Positions 26,349 to 35,910 of a stretch of 64,000 nt of DNA are shown here, piece by piece. Below the pieces are notes generated by a model, which ran no database searches, had not been told where the DNA came from, and saw nothing but the letters and a program-made list of their open reading frames with translations. The DNA lies in the NCBI GenBank assembly GCA_964354805.1, contig CAYHBD010000010.1:8420-72419 (forward strand), in the 5' to 3' direction. Position numbers and translations under genes: made by a program. Numbering within the stretch: position 1 is the first letter of the stretch; each line of letters starts with the position of its first letter. This DNA comes from an uncultured archaeon. GTDB lineage: Archaea > Iainarchaeota > Iainarchaeia > Iainarchaeales > GCA-2688035.

Positions 26349-27887
26349 TCACAGCAGCAGGGGCAGCGCGTTCAGCAGCAGCAGCCCTGCAACAATCCAG
26401 AGAAAAAGCCTGCCAATGAATTTTTCTGTTTCTTTTTTGCTCATCCCAAGAAAGCCGAAGTATGGCAGGAGTATGATTTTTGCTATTTTTCCGCCGTCGA
26501 ACGGAACAACAGGCAGGAAGTTCACTGTAGCAATCAGGAAGTTCAGCAGGATAAGCCAGAAGAAGAAATCAATCAATACATTGCTTACTGTGGAAAACAG
26601 CTTGAATGATTCAGGGATTGCATAATTTGGATTCATTTTTTCCTCTATTTCAAAACGCGCCAAGCCCAATTCGTTTGGGGTAATTGTTTCCCGCAGCAAG
26701 GCACCGTTCACATCAAGCAGCATTGTAAAAGGCTTTTTCCTGTTATTGCTCAATTCGTTGGAAACATCCTCCTGGAAGGAAATGTTTTTGTCGTTCACCT
26801 GCAATATCTGCATTCCTGCCTTCAGCTTCCCGAAAGCGGGATTTGCATATTTCTCCCCACAGATGTCAATGTTCTGGTCAACGCTGGTTATTACAACGCC
26901 TGTAACGCTGTTCTGCCTTATTTCATTCGCCCAGCCGCCAAAGAATGGGATAGTGACAGCCAGATAAAAAACAGTTATCAGCAATGTAATTGCCATGCTT
27001 GCATACAAATTCGCTGCCGGCCCAGCAGCGTAAACACGAGCCTGCTCTCTTTCATTTTCTTTCTGCAGCTGTTTCTCATCAGGCTCAACAAACGCCCCAA
27101 CTGGGAATATGCCAATTAAAAGCAGGCCAGTGCTCTTGATTGCAAGCTTTATTTTTCTCGCAAGCACTCCGTGCATCCCTTCGTGCAATACAAGAATTAT
27201 TACAAAGCTAATCCATGCATGAATTGGCACTGTTATTGGAACATTTGGGATCTGCACGCCTGGAATTATTGGAGCAACTCCAGGGCAGGCCTGCTTTCCG
27301 GCAAGCATGCTCTGCACTATGAACAGGCCGTATGCAAGCAGGATAATTGTCATTGTGCCAGCCAGGCCAAATACGCCGAAAGCAATTTTTGCAACAGCAT
27401 CCCAGTTTTCAGTGAAAGGGTTTTGGAACAGCATCTGGAAAAAATAAAAACGCGCTGAAAGCGCTTCAATCAAAACATACAGGGCTGCGCTTGATGCAAA
27501 AAAAATCGCAATCCTTTCAATGCGCTGCTTTTTCCTGCAGAACAGGAAATCAATTGCAACAGCGCCAAAGCCCATTATCAAGCCAATGTCAGCGAACCAG
27601 TTCAGGGCGCGCTTGTGCCTGGTGAATTTGTCAAACAAGGGAACAAAGCGCTTTGTCCTGAAAAGTGAAACAAAATAGTATGTTTCAGCCTTTCCGCTTT
27701 TTTTCAGCAAATAGGTTGAAGCAAAAATGAATGCAATTATGCCAATTGCCCACAACACTATTTCATTTAGCAGAAGCGAACCAATATCAGTGAATGCGTT
27801 CAAAAAAAACAGCTGCATCAGCAAAATTAGCATGTTCCAGTTTTTAATTTTATGCCAAGCTGGCATCGCAAAGGCAAACAGGGTCAT
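26349..27887 (-). CDS. Site-2 (M50) membrane metalloprotease with PDZ-like insert
   Basis: LHEGMHG, GAFVEP, AAGPAAN, NFLPVVPFDGG; start uncertain. Confidence 0.9.
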   Translation of the reverse strand: MTLFAFAMPAWHKIKNWNMLILLMQLFFLNAFTDIGSLLLNEIVLWAIGIIAFIFASTYLLKKSGKAETYYFVSLFRTKRFVPLFDKFTRHKRALNWFADIGLIMGFGAVAIDFLFCRKKQRIERIAIFFASSAALYVLIEALSARFYFFQMLFQNPFTENWDAVAKIAFGVFGLAGTMTIILLAYGLFIVQSMLAGKQACPGVAPIIPGVQIPNVPITVPIHAWISFVIILVLHEGMHGVLARKIKLAIKSTGLLLIGIFPVGAFVEPDEKQLQKENEREQARVYAAGPAANLYASMAITLLITVFYLAVTIPFFGGWANEIRQNSVTGVVITSVDQNIDICGEKYANPAFGKLKAGMQILQVNDKNISFQEDVSNELSNNRKKPFTMLLDVNGALLRETITPNELGLARFEIEEKMNPNYAIPESFKLFSTVSNVLIDFFFWLILLNFLIATVNFLPVVPFDGGKIAKIILLPYFGFLGMSKKETEKFIGRLFLWIVAGLLLLNALPLLL

Positions 27888-28303
27888 TCGCTTTTCAATT
27901 TTATGCCAAGCGCTTTTTCCAGCTTTGCAATCAATGCATCGTTTGGCTTTATCGCCTGGGCCTCTATCCTGTGCAGTAATGATTCCTTTTCAAAAACCCT
28001 TGCAGCCAATTCCTGCACAGTGAGCTGTTTTTGCTCTCTTGCCTTTCTAATCCTTGCACCGAAATCAGGCACAATGTCCAGGCCCAAATTAAATTCTTCC
28101 CTTTCATAAAATGGCTGACCAATTGTTTGGGCCGGCTTTGCGGCAGATTGCCAAGGCACATTAGCAGGAGCAGCTGTTGGCCCAGCCAAAGGCTTTTTCT
28201 CCGTTCCAAAGGCAACGCATTCAGAGCAGACAATCAGCATGCTGCCATCCAACTCAATTGTTCTGCCTTTTCCTGCCTCAGCACCGCAAATCTCGCACTG
28301 CAT
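27884..28303 (-). CDS. mbf1: Archaeal multiprotein bridging factor 1 (aMBF1)
   Basis: MQCEICG..CSEC Zn ribbon plus IRKAREQKQLT..ESLLHRIE..LEKALGIKL HTH. Confidence 0.9.
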   Translation of the reverse strand: MQCEICGAEAGKGRTIELDGSMLIVCSECVAFGTEKKPLAGPTAAPANVPWQSAAKPAQTIGQPFYEREEFNLGLDIVPDFGARIRKAREQKQLTVQELAARVFEKESLLHRIEAQAIKPNDALIAKLEKALGIKLKSE

Positions 28304-28759
28304 GTGATTGAATAAGGGAAAGAAATTTTATTAAAACAAAGAGTAAAATGAAATGGGCAATCAATTTCAAGTGAGCCTTTTAAGCAGCTTTTCTTTTCTT
28401 TGAAGGATTCTCTTAGTTTTGTCTTCTTTTGCTTGAGCTTCTTGCAGCGATTTTAGAGTCCCTTCTGAGCTTCCAAATCTAAGGTCAGTCCATATCCCTT
28501 GCACTCTTTCATGCATTTGTCTATGTACAGCTGTACTCTGTTGAGCCATTGCAAGAGCCTGCTTCAAACCAGGCATTCGGTTCTCAAGGCGCCGCCTTAT
28601 TTTTCTTTTCACACAAGAGCGCCTTACAGCAGCGCTGGCTCTTCTTACAATGCCCATTTCAAACACAACAACACAGGTTCTTGTATTAATTTTTGTTTAA
28701 CCATATTAATAAATTTTCCCTCAAGCACTGCATGAGATTGAATAAAGGAAAGAAATTTT
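28295..28759. repeat. 35-bp direct repeat (33/35) of the mbf1 promoter and start codon, 28295-28329 and 28725-28759
   Basis: gcactgcatg(t/a)gattgaataa(g/a)ggaaagaaatttt. Confidence 0.85.
28367..28657 (-). CDS. Basic orphan protein
   Basis: MGIVRRASAAVRRSCVKRKIRRR leader. Confidence 0.55.
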   Translation of the reverse strand: MGIVRRASAAVRRSCVKRKIRRRLENRMPGLKQALAMAQQSTAVHRQMHERVQGIWTDLRFGSSEGTLKSLQEAQAKEDKTKRILQRKEKLLKRLT

Positions 28760-28777
28760 TTAAACAGAATGCAGGAA

Positions 28778-29227
28778 TCAGCTGATTGTTATTTCCCCGC
28801 TGCAGCTGATTGTGGCACTTTTGTTGAATCCAAAGGCATCAGTGTAATTTATTTCAATTGAACTATAACTATGGCTGCCTATGGTGCCTGCAATTGGCGT
28901 CAAATCAATGTCAATGCCTGGCGCAACACTGCTTGGGCAGCCTGGCACATTTTCAGCAAAGGCATTGCTGCCAGTGCAACTAATGCCTGTAAGAGCGCCG
29001 CCTGTTAAGTTTGTCAGCTTTATTGTTCCAAGCGGCATGGAGTTGACCAATGTTCCGCTCTTGCTTAAATTGTGGGCTTTGAACATTATTTTTGTTGGCT
29101 CACTGCTGCTGCAAACTATCTCGGCTTGCAGGGCCGAACCAATGGCAGCAGAGGGCGGAGGCTGCGCAGTGCAGCCGAAAAGCAAAAAGAGCGCAAAAGC
29201 GCTTGCAAGCAATAAAATAAGCTTCAT
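28778..29227 (-). CDS. Lipoprotein with beta-rich domain (paralog of 42769-43353)
   Basis: LFGC lipobox; VCSSSEPTKI..TISCSG. Confidence 0.75.
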   Translation of the reverse strand: MKLILLLASAFALFLLFGCTAQPPPSAAIGSALQAEIVCSSSEPTKIMFKAHNLSKSGTLVNSMPLGTIKLTNLTGGALTGISCTGSNAFAENVPGCPSSVAPGIDIDLTPIAGTIGSHSYSSIEINYTDAFGFNKSATISCSGEITIS

Positions 29228-29282
29228 TAGAAACAGCAAAATAACGCTTTTCATGTTTTTAATTATTTCTGCGATGGCTTTG

Positions 29283-29837
29283 TCAATTACCCCTGCTGAT
29301 AGCAGCCAATACTTTCTGTGCAGCATCTCTTACTTCCATTTTTTGGTCATTTTTCATCTCTTCAAGAAATTTTATTACCTTCAAATCTGCTGAAAGTGGT
29401 AAATACAATATTGCATATTTTCTTTCAAGTGGGTTATCAAGTTTTTTTATCAGTTCAATCAATTCAGGTAAATGTTGCTTTTCTCCCAATTGTGCAAGTG
29501 CGCCTAAAAGCGATGCTCTTTTCTCTGGCTTTGTCTCTTTTTCCAACAGCTTTATTAGAAAGGGTTTAATTTTTACACCGCCAGTATCCCTAATTTTGCA
29601 AACCCAACCCAGACCATGCGCCCTAATGCCCAAATCATTCCTGCTAAGCTGAAAAACTGTGTTAACTAATGTTTTATGCATTCCTCGCATTCCAATTTCT
29701 TTTGCAAAGTTTGCCCTTTCTTTCCGAGCAGCTGTTATGTTTGCCCTTTCTTTCCGAGCAGCTATTCTTAGAGATTGAATAATTGCACTTCGAGCTGTTT
29801 GCCCTAACCGACCAGAGGACTTTCGCGCCCTAACCAT
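29283..29837 (-). CDS. Basic-leader HEAT-repeat-like protein
   Basis: RASLLGALAQLG, EVRDAAQKVL; AARKERAN tandem duplication. Confidence 0.65.
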   Translation of the reverse strand: MVRARKSSGRLGQTARSAIIQSLRIAARKERANITAARKERANFAKEIGMRGMHKTLVNTVFQLSRNDLGIRAHGLGWVCKIRDTGGVKIKPFLIKLLEKETKPEKRASLLGALAQLGEKQHLPELIELIKKLDNPLERKYAILYLPLSADLKVIKFLEEMKNDQKMEVRDAAQKVLAAISRGN

Positions 29838-30055
29838 ATTCCACCATAGGAAATAAGATTACCAATTATTTTAAAAGCAAAAAGGAATTAGGGAAGGAAA
29901 GGGTTTGGAAACCGTTTCCTTCACAACTAATAGAATTGGTTTGAACTTATGGCAAATGACTTTAATTTTTGAACATTTTACTGCCATTTGCTATTTGTAA
30001 AAGACATTTTTTGTCCAATTATTTATGTCTTTTACTATAAGTATCTGCTCAACAT

Positions 30056-30676
30056 TTATTGCCGAAAAAACTTTTTTTTATAGTATTCTTCATTTTTAGC
30101 CCGGCTATTTTTTATTCCTGCTTCTTTTAGCCGTGCACAAAGTTTTTCCATGGGCAATCCTACAATGTTGGTGTAGCTTCCTTCGATTTTTTCTATTAAA
30201 AATTTTCCTTTTCCTTGTATTGCGTATGCTCCCGCCATATCCCTGGGTTCGCGTGTTGCAATGTAATCAGTTATTTCTTTTTCACTCAGTTTTTTGAATT
30301 TTACTTTTGTTTTTTCAAAATCAACAATTTGTTTTTTTGTATTTGTTTCGACAAGTGCGATTCCAGTGTAAACCGAGTGCCATTTTCCACTAAAGCCTTT
30401 TAACATTTTTTTTGCGTCTTCAGCATTTTTTGGTTTTCCAATTAACTTGTTTTCAAAGAAAACAATTGTGTCAGCGCCAATAATCAAAGAATTTGTAAAC
30501 TTGTTTGCTAGTGCCATTGCTTTCATCAAAGCATTTTTTTGCGCTATTTGTTCTATAGACAAGTCATTCAATTCATTGATTTCTTTGACATTTGCAGGAA
30601 CAATAATAAAGTCCAAGCGAATCTTTCTTAACAAATCAGCCCTTCTAGGAGAACCAGAAGCCAAAATAACTCTCAT
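30056..30676 (-). CDS. maf: Maf nucleotide pyrophosphatase
   Basis: ILASGSPRR, IIGADTIV, GKP, AGAYAIQG, NIVGLP. Confidence 0.93.
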   Translation of the reverse strand: MRVILASGSPRRADLLRKIRLDFIIVPANVKEINELNDLSIEQIAQKNALMKAMALANKFTNSLIIGADTIVFFENKLIGKPKNAEDAKKMLKGFSGKWHSVYTGIALVETNTKKQIVDFEKTKVKFKKLSEKEITDYIATREPRDMAGAYAIQGKGKFLIEKIEGSYTNIVGLPMEKLCARLKEAGIKNSRAKNEEYYKKKFFRQ

Positions 30677-30731
30677 TGGAATAATTCCCCAAATTCAACT
30701 TCTTATGCCGACTAACAATAACCTCCAACAT

Positions 30732-31550
30732 TTACTTCACTCCCTGCCTCAAATGCTGTTTAAGCAATTTTATTGCTTCTTCCACTGTTTTGTTCTTGTG
30801 GACAACAGCGCAAACCGCTTTGACAAAAGCCGTTGGATTCTCATGCTGGAAACTGTTCCTTCCCATCGCAACCCCTGCGCCGCCTGCTTTAATGCTTTCC
30901 TCAATCATTTTGAGAGTCTGTATTTCATCTGCCTTGCTTCCGCCTGCGATAATTACTGGCACTGGGCAGCCTTCAACCACTTCCTTAAAAGATTCAACAC
31001 TGCCAGTATAATTGGTTTTCACTATATCTGCTCCCAGCTCTGCTGCAGTTCTTACTATGTGTTTTATAATTTCCACATTTTTATCATCTTTTGCATACAT
31101 GCCCTTTGGGTAAGCCATTACAAGCAATGGGATACCCCACTCTCTGCATTGCAGTGAAACCATTGCAACATCATGCAGCATCTCTGGCTCGGTTTTTGAA
31201 CCAATGTTCAACTGCATTGAAACTGCATCTGCTCCAAGCTTCAAGGCATGCTGCACTGTATTTACCATGACACGCCTTTCCGTGTCAATAGCAAGGTTTG
31301 TTCCAGCATTCAAGTGCAAAATTAATCCAATATCTTTGCCGTAGCCTCTTAGCCCGCTCAGCGCAGAGCCTACATGCAAAACAACTGCGTTTGCCCCCCC
31401 TTTTGCCACTGCATCAACGATTTTTGGTATGTCCACAAGCCCTTTTATTGGGCCATATGCAACAGGATGATCCAATGGAATTATGACTGTTCTCTTTGTT
31501 TCCCTGTCTGTTATCCGCTCTAATCTTATTTCTTTTCCCATTCCGGACAT
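30732..31550 (-). CDS. DhnA-type class I aldolase (ADH synthase / FBP aldolase family)
   Basis: GKEIRLERI, PLDH, ELGADIVKTNYTG, AGG, GRN. Confidence 0.88.
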   Translation of the reverse strand: MSGMGKEIRLERITDRETKRTVIIPLDHPVAYGPIKGLVDIPKIVDAVAKGGANAVVLHVGSALSGLRGYGKDIGLILHLNAGTNLAIDTERRVMVNTVQHALKLGADAVSMQLNIGSKTEPEMLHDVAMVSLQCREWGIPLLVMAYPKGMYAKDDKNVEIIKHIVRTAAELGADIVKTNYTGSVESFKEVVEGCPVPVIIAGGSKADEIQTLKMIEESIKAGGAGVAMGRNSFQHENPTAFVKAVCAVVHKNKTVEEAIKLLKQHLRQGVK

Positions 31551-31604
31551 TCAGTAACCCCCTTTCTTGCTTTTTAATCAATGCATAAATACATTTTTAT
31601 TTGC

Positions 31605-32219
31605 TTAGGCTTTTTCTATCCTTCTTATCACGCAAACCATATCATCAGATTTGTGCCTCACTTGGTAGTATTCGACCACATTGAATGACTCTAGGATATC
31701 GTTCACCCATTTGTCAATGCTCCACAAATTTCTATAAATGCCATCTCCTTCAAATTGCTTAATGTTTGATTCTGAAAGTATGGGTAGACCAAATATGATG
31801 TAGTCTGCCAGCTTTAACTGCTTTTCCAGCAGTTCAACAATCTGCTTTTTTTCAAAGTGCTCTATGACGCCGTGGTGAGTGCAGGCATCAAAGCTGTTTG
31901 GCTTGAAATTTTCGTCGATTTTGAAAGCGTCTGCTTGCATGAAGCAAATGTCCTTTCCAAAGTTTCTGCCATTCATGCGTGCTATCTCCAATACCTTTGC
32001 ATCCAGTTCAGCGGCAGTTACTTTGAAACCAAATGTTGAAAGGCATATTGCAAGTCTCGCTCCACCACATCCAACTTCAAGCAGTTTTGCGGGTGGCTTC
32101 GCATATTTCAGCACGGTATTATAATAGGGCTTGTAGATGGCCATGTATTCCTTGAACCGTTCTTCGTTTAGAATTCTTTTTTTGTAGTATTCAAGCCACT
32201 CGTTTTTATTCCATCCCAT
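31605..32219 (-). CDS. Class I SAM methyltransferase
   Basis: LLEVGCGGA, ADAF, FD..HHGVIEHF. Confidence 0.88.
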   Translation of the reverse strand: MGWNKNEWLEYYKKRILNEERFKEYMAIYKPYYNTVLKYAKPPAKLLEVGCGGARLAICLSTFGFKVTAAELDAKVLEIARMNGRNFGKDICFMQADAFKIDENFKPNSFDACTHHGVIEHFEKKQIVELLEKQLKLADYIIFGLPILSESNIKQFEGDGIYRNLWSIDKWVNDILESFNVVEYYQVRHKSDDMVCVIRRIEKA

Positions 32220-33021
32220 TTTTTACGCCCCTGATTTCTCTTCTAAAATTTTGCACAAGTTCTGATGCTGTTCTTGATAAAATTACAGCATCTGCTCCAA
32301 GGCTTACAAAGCAGTACCCTTTGTCATAATACGATTTTGCTTCTTTCCAAGAAGAAGCCGCTCTTCCAAGAGCAACATTTGCAACCTTTGCGGCTTCTTC
32401 GACTTTGCTTATGGCAGACTGCACTTCTTTGTGGTCTTTGTCTCCAATGTGACCCATTTCAGCTGAAAGATCTGTTGGCCCAATAAAAATAGCATCGATG
32501 CTTTCAACCGTTAGGATGCTGGCAATGTTGTCAACTGCCTCAATTGTTTCAATTTGCAAAATAACTGCAATATCTTCATTGGCTGTTTTAACATACTTGC
32601 CCGCATCTAAGCCATAGGATACTGCCCTTGTAATAGTTGAAGCCACCCCCCGGCAGCCAAGCGGCGGATACTTGCATGCAGCGACGGCTTCTAGTGCCTC
32701 TTTTCTGTTGCTAATTGACGGAATTACGATGCCGTTTACCCCTATGTCAAGCACTCGCTTAATTGCGGTTTTGCTGTTTTCAGGGACTCTCGCCAAGCAA
32801 GCGCAATCTGCAGCGTTTATTGCCTGAGCTTGCGACAACAAGGTCTGAAAATCATTTGGAGCGTGCTCGCAGTCTATTAAGAGCCAGTCAAAACCAGCAA
32901 GTGCCATTGTTTCTGCAACTGCATTGCTTCCTGTAACCAGCCAAGCTCCACATGTTTTTTCCATAGCTTGCAATGATTGCTTTATACCACTGCCTTTGGA
33001 GAAAGCCATCTTTTCACCCAT
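32206..33021 (-). CDS. HpcH/HpaI (GarL-like) class II pyruvate aldolase
   Basis: GFDWLLIDCEH, KYPPLGCRG, QIET, FIGPTDLS. Confidence 0.9.
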   Translation of the reverse strand: MGEKMAFSKGSGIKQSLQAMEKTCGAWLVTGSNAVAETMALAGFDWLLIDCEHAPNDFQTLLSQAQAINAADCACLARVPENSKTAIKRVLDIGVNGIVIPSISNRKEALEAVAACKYPPLGCRGVASTITRAVSYGLDAGKYVKTANEDIAVILQIETIEAVDNIASILTVESIDAIFIGPTDLSAEMGHIGDKDHKEVQSAISKVEEAAKVANVALGRAASSWKEAKSYYDKGYCFVSLGADAVILSRTASELVQNFRREIRGVKNGME

Positions 33022-33724
33022 TGCCCCTGGATGCCAAATAGGCCTCCTTTTCCCTTAGAATTGCGATATCTGCAAACTTCAAATGGTTTTTAATAAAACC
33101 CTGTTTCCTGTAGAAAATGGTTCTTACAATAACATGACAGATTATCTGCATAACATCTTCAATTATTTGCTGGTCATAGCTTGGCACAACCCACGACAGG
33201 TTAGCCACTTTTGCGATTTTGCCTCCATCGTTTCCAGACAAGGAAACCGTGAAATTTCGCTCTTTTGCATATTTTAAGGCGTTGAATACATTGTCTGCAT
33301 TGCCGCTTGCAGAGATTCCTATAACTATGTCGTTTCTCTGCAAAAAATTTCTCAACTGTTCGACAAAGATTTGGTCGTAGTGCCTGTCATTTGCCAAGCC
33401 TGTTAAATGACAAAGGTTTTCATGCAAAGCCAATGCCTTTAACCTTTTTCTGTCTTCAAGCTTGGCGCTTGCATCCCAATTCAGGTTATGGGCAAAATGT
33501 GCTGCAATACTAGCGCTGCCGCCGTTTCCCATGATGTAAACTGTCCCATTTGAATCTCTTGCTTTAAGAATAAGTTCCGCCAGTACTGCAAACTTTTCAG
33601 CCTCCAGAAAGCTAACGGCAGAAATCAGACCCTTTTTGTAATAGTCTACAAACTCCGCATTTTTTGGATAATCCACAAGATTTGCTTTTTTCCAATTTTG
33701 CATCTTCACCACTTCAACAACCAA
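33014..33724 (-). CDS. SIS-domain sugar-phosphate isomerase (GmhA-like)
   Basis: GNGGSASIAAHF, ANDRHYDQIF, ISASGN, IEDVMQIICH. Confidence 0.88.
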   Translation of the reverse strand: MVVEVVKMQNWKKANLVDYPKNAEFVDYYKKGLISAVSFLEAEKFAVLAELILKARDSNGTVYIMGNGGSASIAAHFAHNLNWDASAKLEDRKRLKALALHENLCHLTGLANDRHYDQIFVEQLRNFLQRNDIVIGISASGNADNVFNALKYAKERNFTVSLSGNDGGKIAKVANLSWVVPSYDQQIIEDVMQIICHVIVRTIFYRKQGFIKNHLKFADIAILREKEAYLASRGNG

Positions 33725-33959
33725 AAATGCCTTTTATAAGGTCTCTTTGAACGCAGGCACAAATTGTTTCTTTGATGCTTTAGTTTCCATTTTCTCAATC
33801 CCTTTTTTTAATTTTTTGGTTGTGTCCGCTAATTGGTTAACATTTTGTGGTCAGCAATAAATATTATGACCGCCCCCTATGTTATAAAAGACCAACACGG
33901 AGATGGTCAATAATGCTAACCCTTAAAGGAAATATAATGGTATATGATAACTTAAATCT

Positions 33960-34160
33960 GTACGTGTTTAGCTCTTGAGGTGGACCAGTAGCTGGTTGTA
34001 GGGGTTGAGTCCGCGTTGTTCCCACGTGATTATGAGGCTTGTCAATATATCGTGGTTTTTGGTCCCTTTTTTTGTTTCGAAGACAACCATAGATTTTTCG
34101 TTGTACCACCGTTTCTCGCAATGCTCGTTCTGCTTTGTTGTTGGTTGTTTCTGTGTCTAT
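33960..34160 (-). pseudogene. IS66-family transposase 3' remnant with frameshift and terminal sequence
   Basis: TTNNKAERALRETVVQRK motif; continuation KGTKNHDILTSLIITWEQRGLNP in another frame; ends CTAAACACGTAC. Confidence 0.7.
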
Positions 34161-34198
34161 AGCGAAACTATTATACATTTGAACTTTCTTATTATTGC

Positions 34199-34684
34199 AT
34201 GACTTGGAATTTGACTCGTGGTAAAGAGTTTCTGCCGGATTTTTCTCTTAACGAGTTGAAACAATACGCTACGGCAGAGAAGAAAGCGCAACCGCGTTTG
34301 CGGTTGTTGGTTGCATTAAACCGAAAAGAAGGAAAAAGCATTGACCAGATTGCAGACACAGCTGGGTTGCACAGGCGTGCAGTGCATGATATTTTGCATC
34401 GTTTTGAGGAGCATGGCATCCAAGCTGCCGAGTCTTTGCCAAAATCTGGGCGGCACAATCGCTTGGCTGTTAGCCAGTTAAAAGACTTGAAGAAACGATT
34501 GTTGAAGTCGCCGAAAGCCAGTGGCTTTGATGAAGGTTTTTGGAACAGGTGCATGGTTCGACAACTCATTCGCCGACAGTACAGCGTACGCTTTTGTAAA
34601 AGCTGGATACTACAACTATTGACTCGGCTCGGTTTTTCATACAAAAAAACCTGTGCAGGCAATTTGGCTGAAAATTTTCCGTAA
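34199..34684 (+). pseudogene. IS630-family transposase N-terminal HTH fragment (no DDE domain)
   Basis: RLRLL..IADTAG..KSGRHNRL..GFWN..LGFSYKK, then runs into the fen promoter. Confidence 0.75.
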
Positions 34685-34723
34685 AAAACCCTTTTTAATT
34701 TGTTTTGCGCTCCATTTCTGCTT

Positions 34724-35749
34724 ATGGGAACTGCAATTGGCGAACTGCTGCAGAAAGAGGAAATCGACCTGAATTTTTTGAGCGGGAGAAAGGTTGGAAT
34801 TGACAGCTTCAATATCCTGTACCAGTTTCTTTCAAGCATAAGAAGCCATGACGGCACTCCATTAATGGACAGCAAGGGAAGGATAACCTCGCACCTTACC
34901 GGGCTATTATATAGAACAATAAACCTGCTTGAGGCAGGGGCAAAGCCTGTTTTTGTTTTTGACGGAAAGCCCCACGAACTGAAAGGCGAAACCATAAGGG
35001 AAAGGCACAAGATAAGGACAGAGGCAAAAAAGAAGTTTGAGAAAGCGAAAAAAGAGGGCAAAATGGAAGAGGCAAGAAAGTATGCCCAGCAGGCTGTTCA
35101 GCTTAAGGGCGAAATGATTGATGATGCAAAAAAGCTGGTTGAATTAATGGGTCTGCCTGTTGTCCAGGCTCCGAGCGAGGGCGAGGCCCAGATTGCAGCA
35201 ATGGTTGAAAAAGGAGATTTGTATGGGTGCATTTCACAGGACTTTGATGCGCTTTTGTTCGGCACACCAAAGCTACTGCGAAACATTACAGTAAGCGGGA
35301 AAAGGAAAGCGCCGGGAAAAGATTTCTATTATGAGATAAAACCAGAGATGATTGAGCTGGAAAAAAATTTGAAAGCGCTTGGCATTGACAGGAAAAAGCT
35401 GATTTGGATTGGCATTCTGATTGGAACAGATTTCAATGAAAAGTTTCCGAAGATCGGCCCCAAAACAGCGCTGCAGCTTGTTCAAAAGCACAAAAGCTTT
35501 GAGGAAATAATAAAGGAAACAAAGCACCGCCCTGAATTTGATTACAAAGAGATTGAGGAAATTTTTTTGCACCCAAATGCAACTGACAAATACGAAATAA
35601 AATTTTCTCTGCCCCAAAAAGAAAAAATCCTGAGCTTTTTGTGCGAAGAGCACGATTTCTCGGAAGAGAGGGTTAAAAGCGCATTAAGCAAGCTGGAGGA
35701 AAAGGCCCTGGAAAAAGGAGCGCAGAGCAGATTGAGCCAATGGGGCTAA
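34724..35749 (+). CDS. fen: Flap endonuclease 1
   Basis: YQFLSSIR..DGTPLMDSKGRITSHL, VFDG, APSEGEAQ, GTDFN, C-terminal PIP-like QSRLSQW. Confidence 0.97.
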   Translation: MGTAIGELLQKEEIDLNFLSGRKVGIDSFNILYQFLSSIRSHDGTPLMDSKGRITSHLTGLLYRTINLLEAGAKPVFVFDGKPHELKGETIRERHKIRTEAKKKFEKAKKEGKMEEARKYAQQAVQLKGEMIDDAKKLVELMGLPVVQAPSEGEAQIAAMVEKGDLYGCISQDFDALLFGTPKLLRNITVSGKRKAPGKDFYYEIKPEMIELEKNLKALGIDRKKLIWIGILIGTDFNEKFPKIGPKTALQLVQKHKSFEEIIKETKHRPEFDYKEIEEIFLHPNATDKYEIKFSLPQKEKILSFLCEEHDFSEERVKSALSKLEEKALEKGAQSRLSQWG

Positions 35750-35910
35750 TGCTATCTGTCTCAATCACCCCCCTGCAAAGCAGATTGGACCAGGGGGGCT
35801 AATGCCATATAAATAGCTCAACCATTCGGTTGATTTTTTTCAACCAAACTAATATTAATCGGGTTCAGCACTCTCTTCTTTAAAGAAGCTGTTAGTGGAG
35901 TTGACCTGAA

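Noticed and set aside
29710-29764. 30-bp-period tandem repeat in the HEAT-like gene
   Set aside because: Simple in-frame two-copy duplication (AARKERAN)
30645-30731. 28-codon ORF starting at the aldolase stop
   Set aside because: Overlaps maf out of frame and has no recognisable motif
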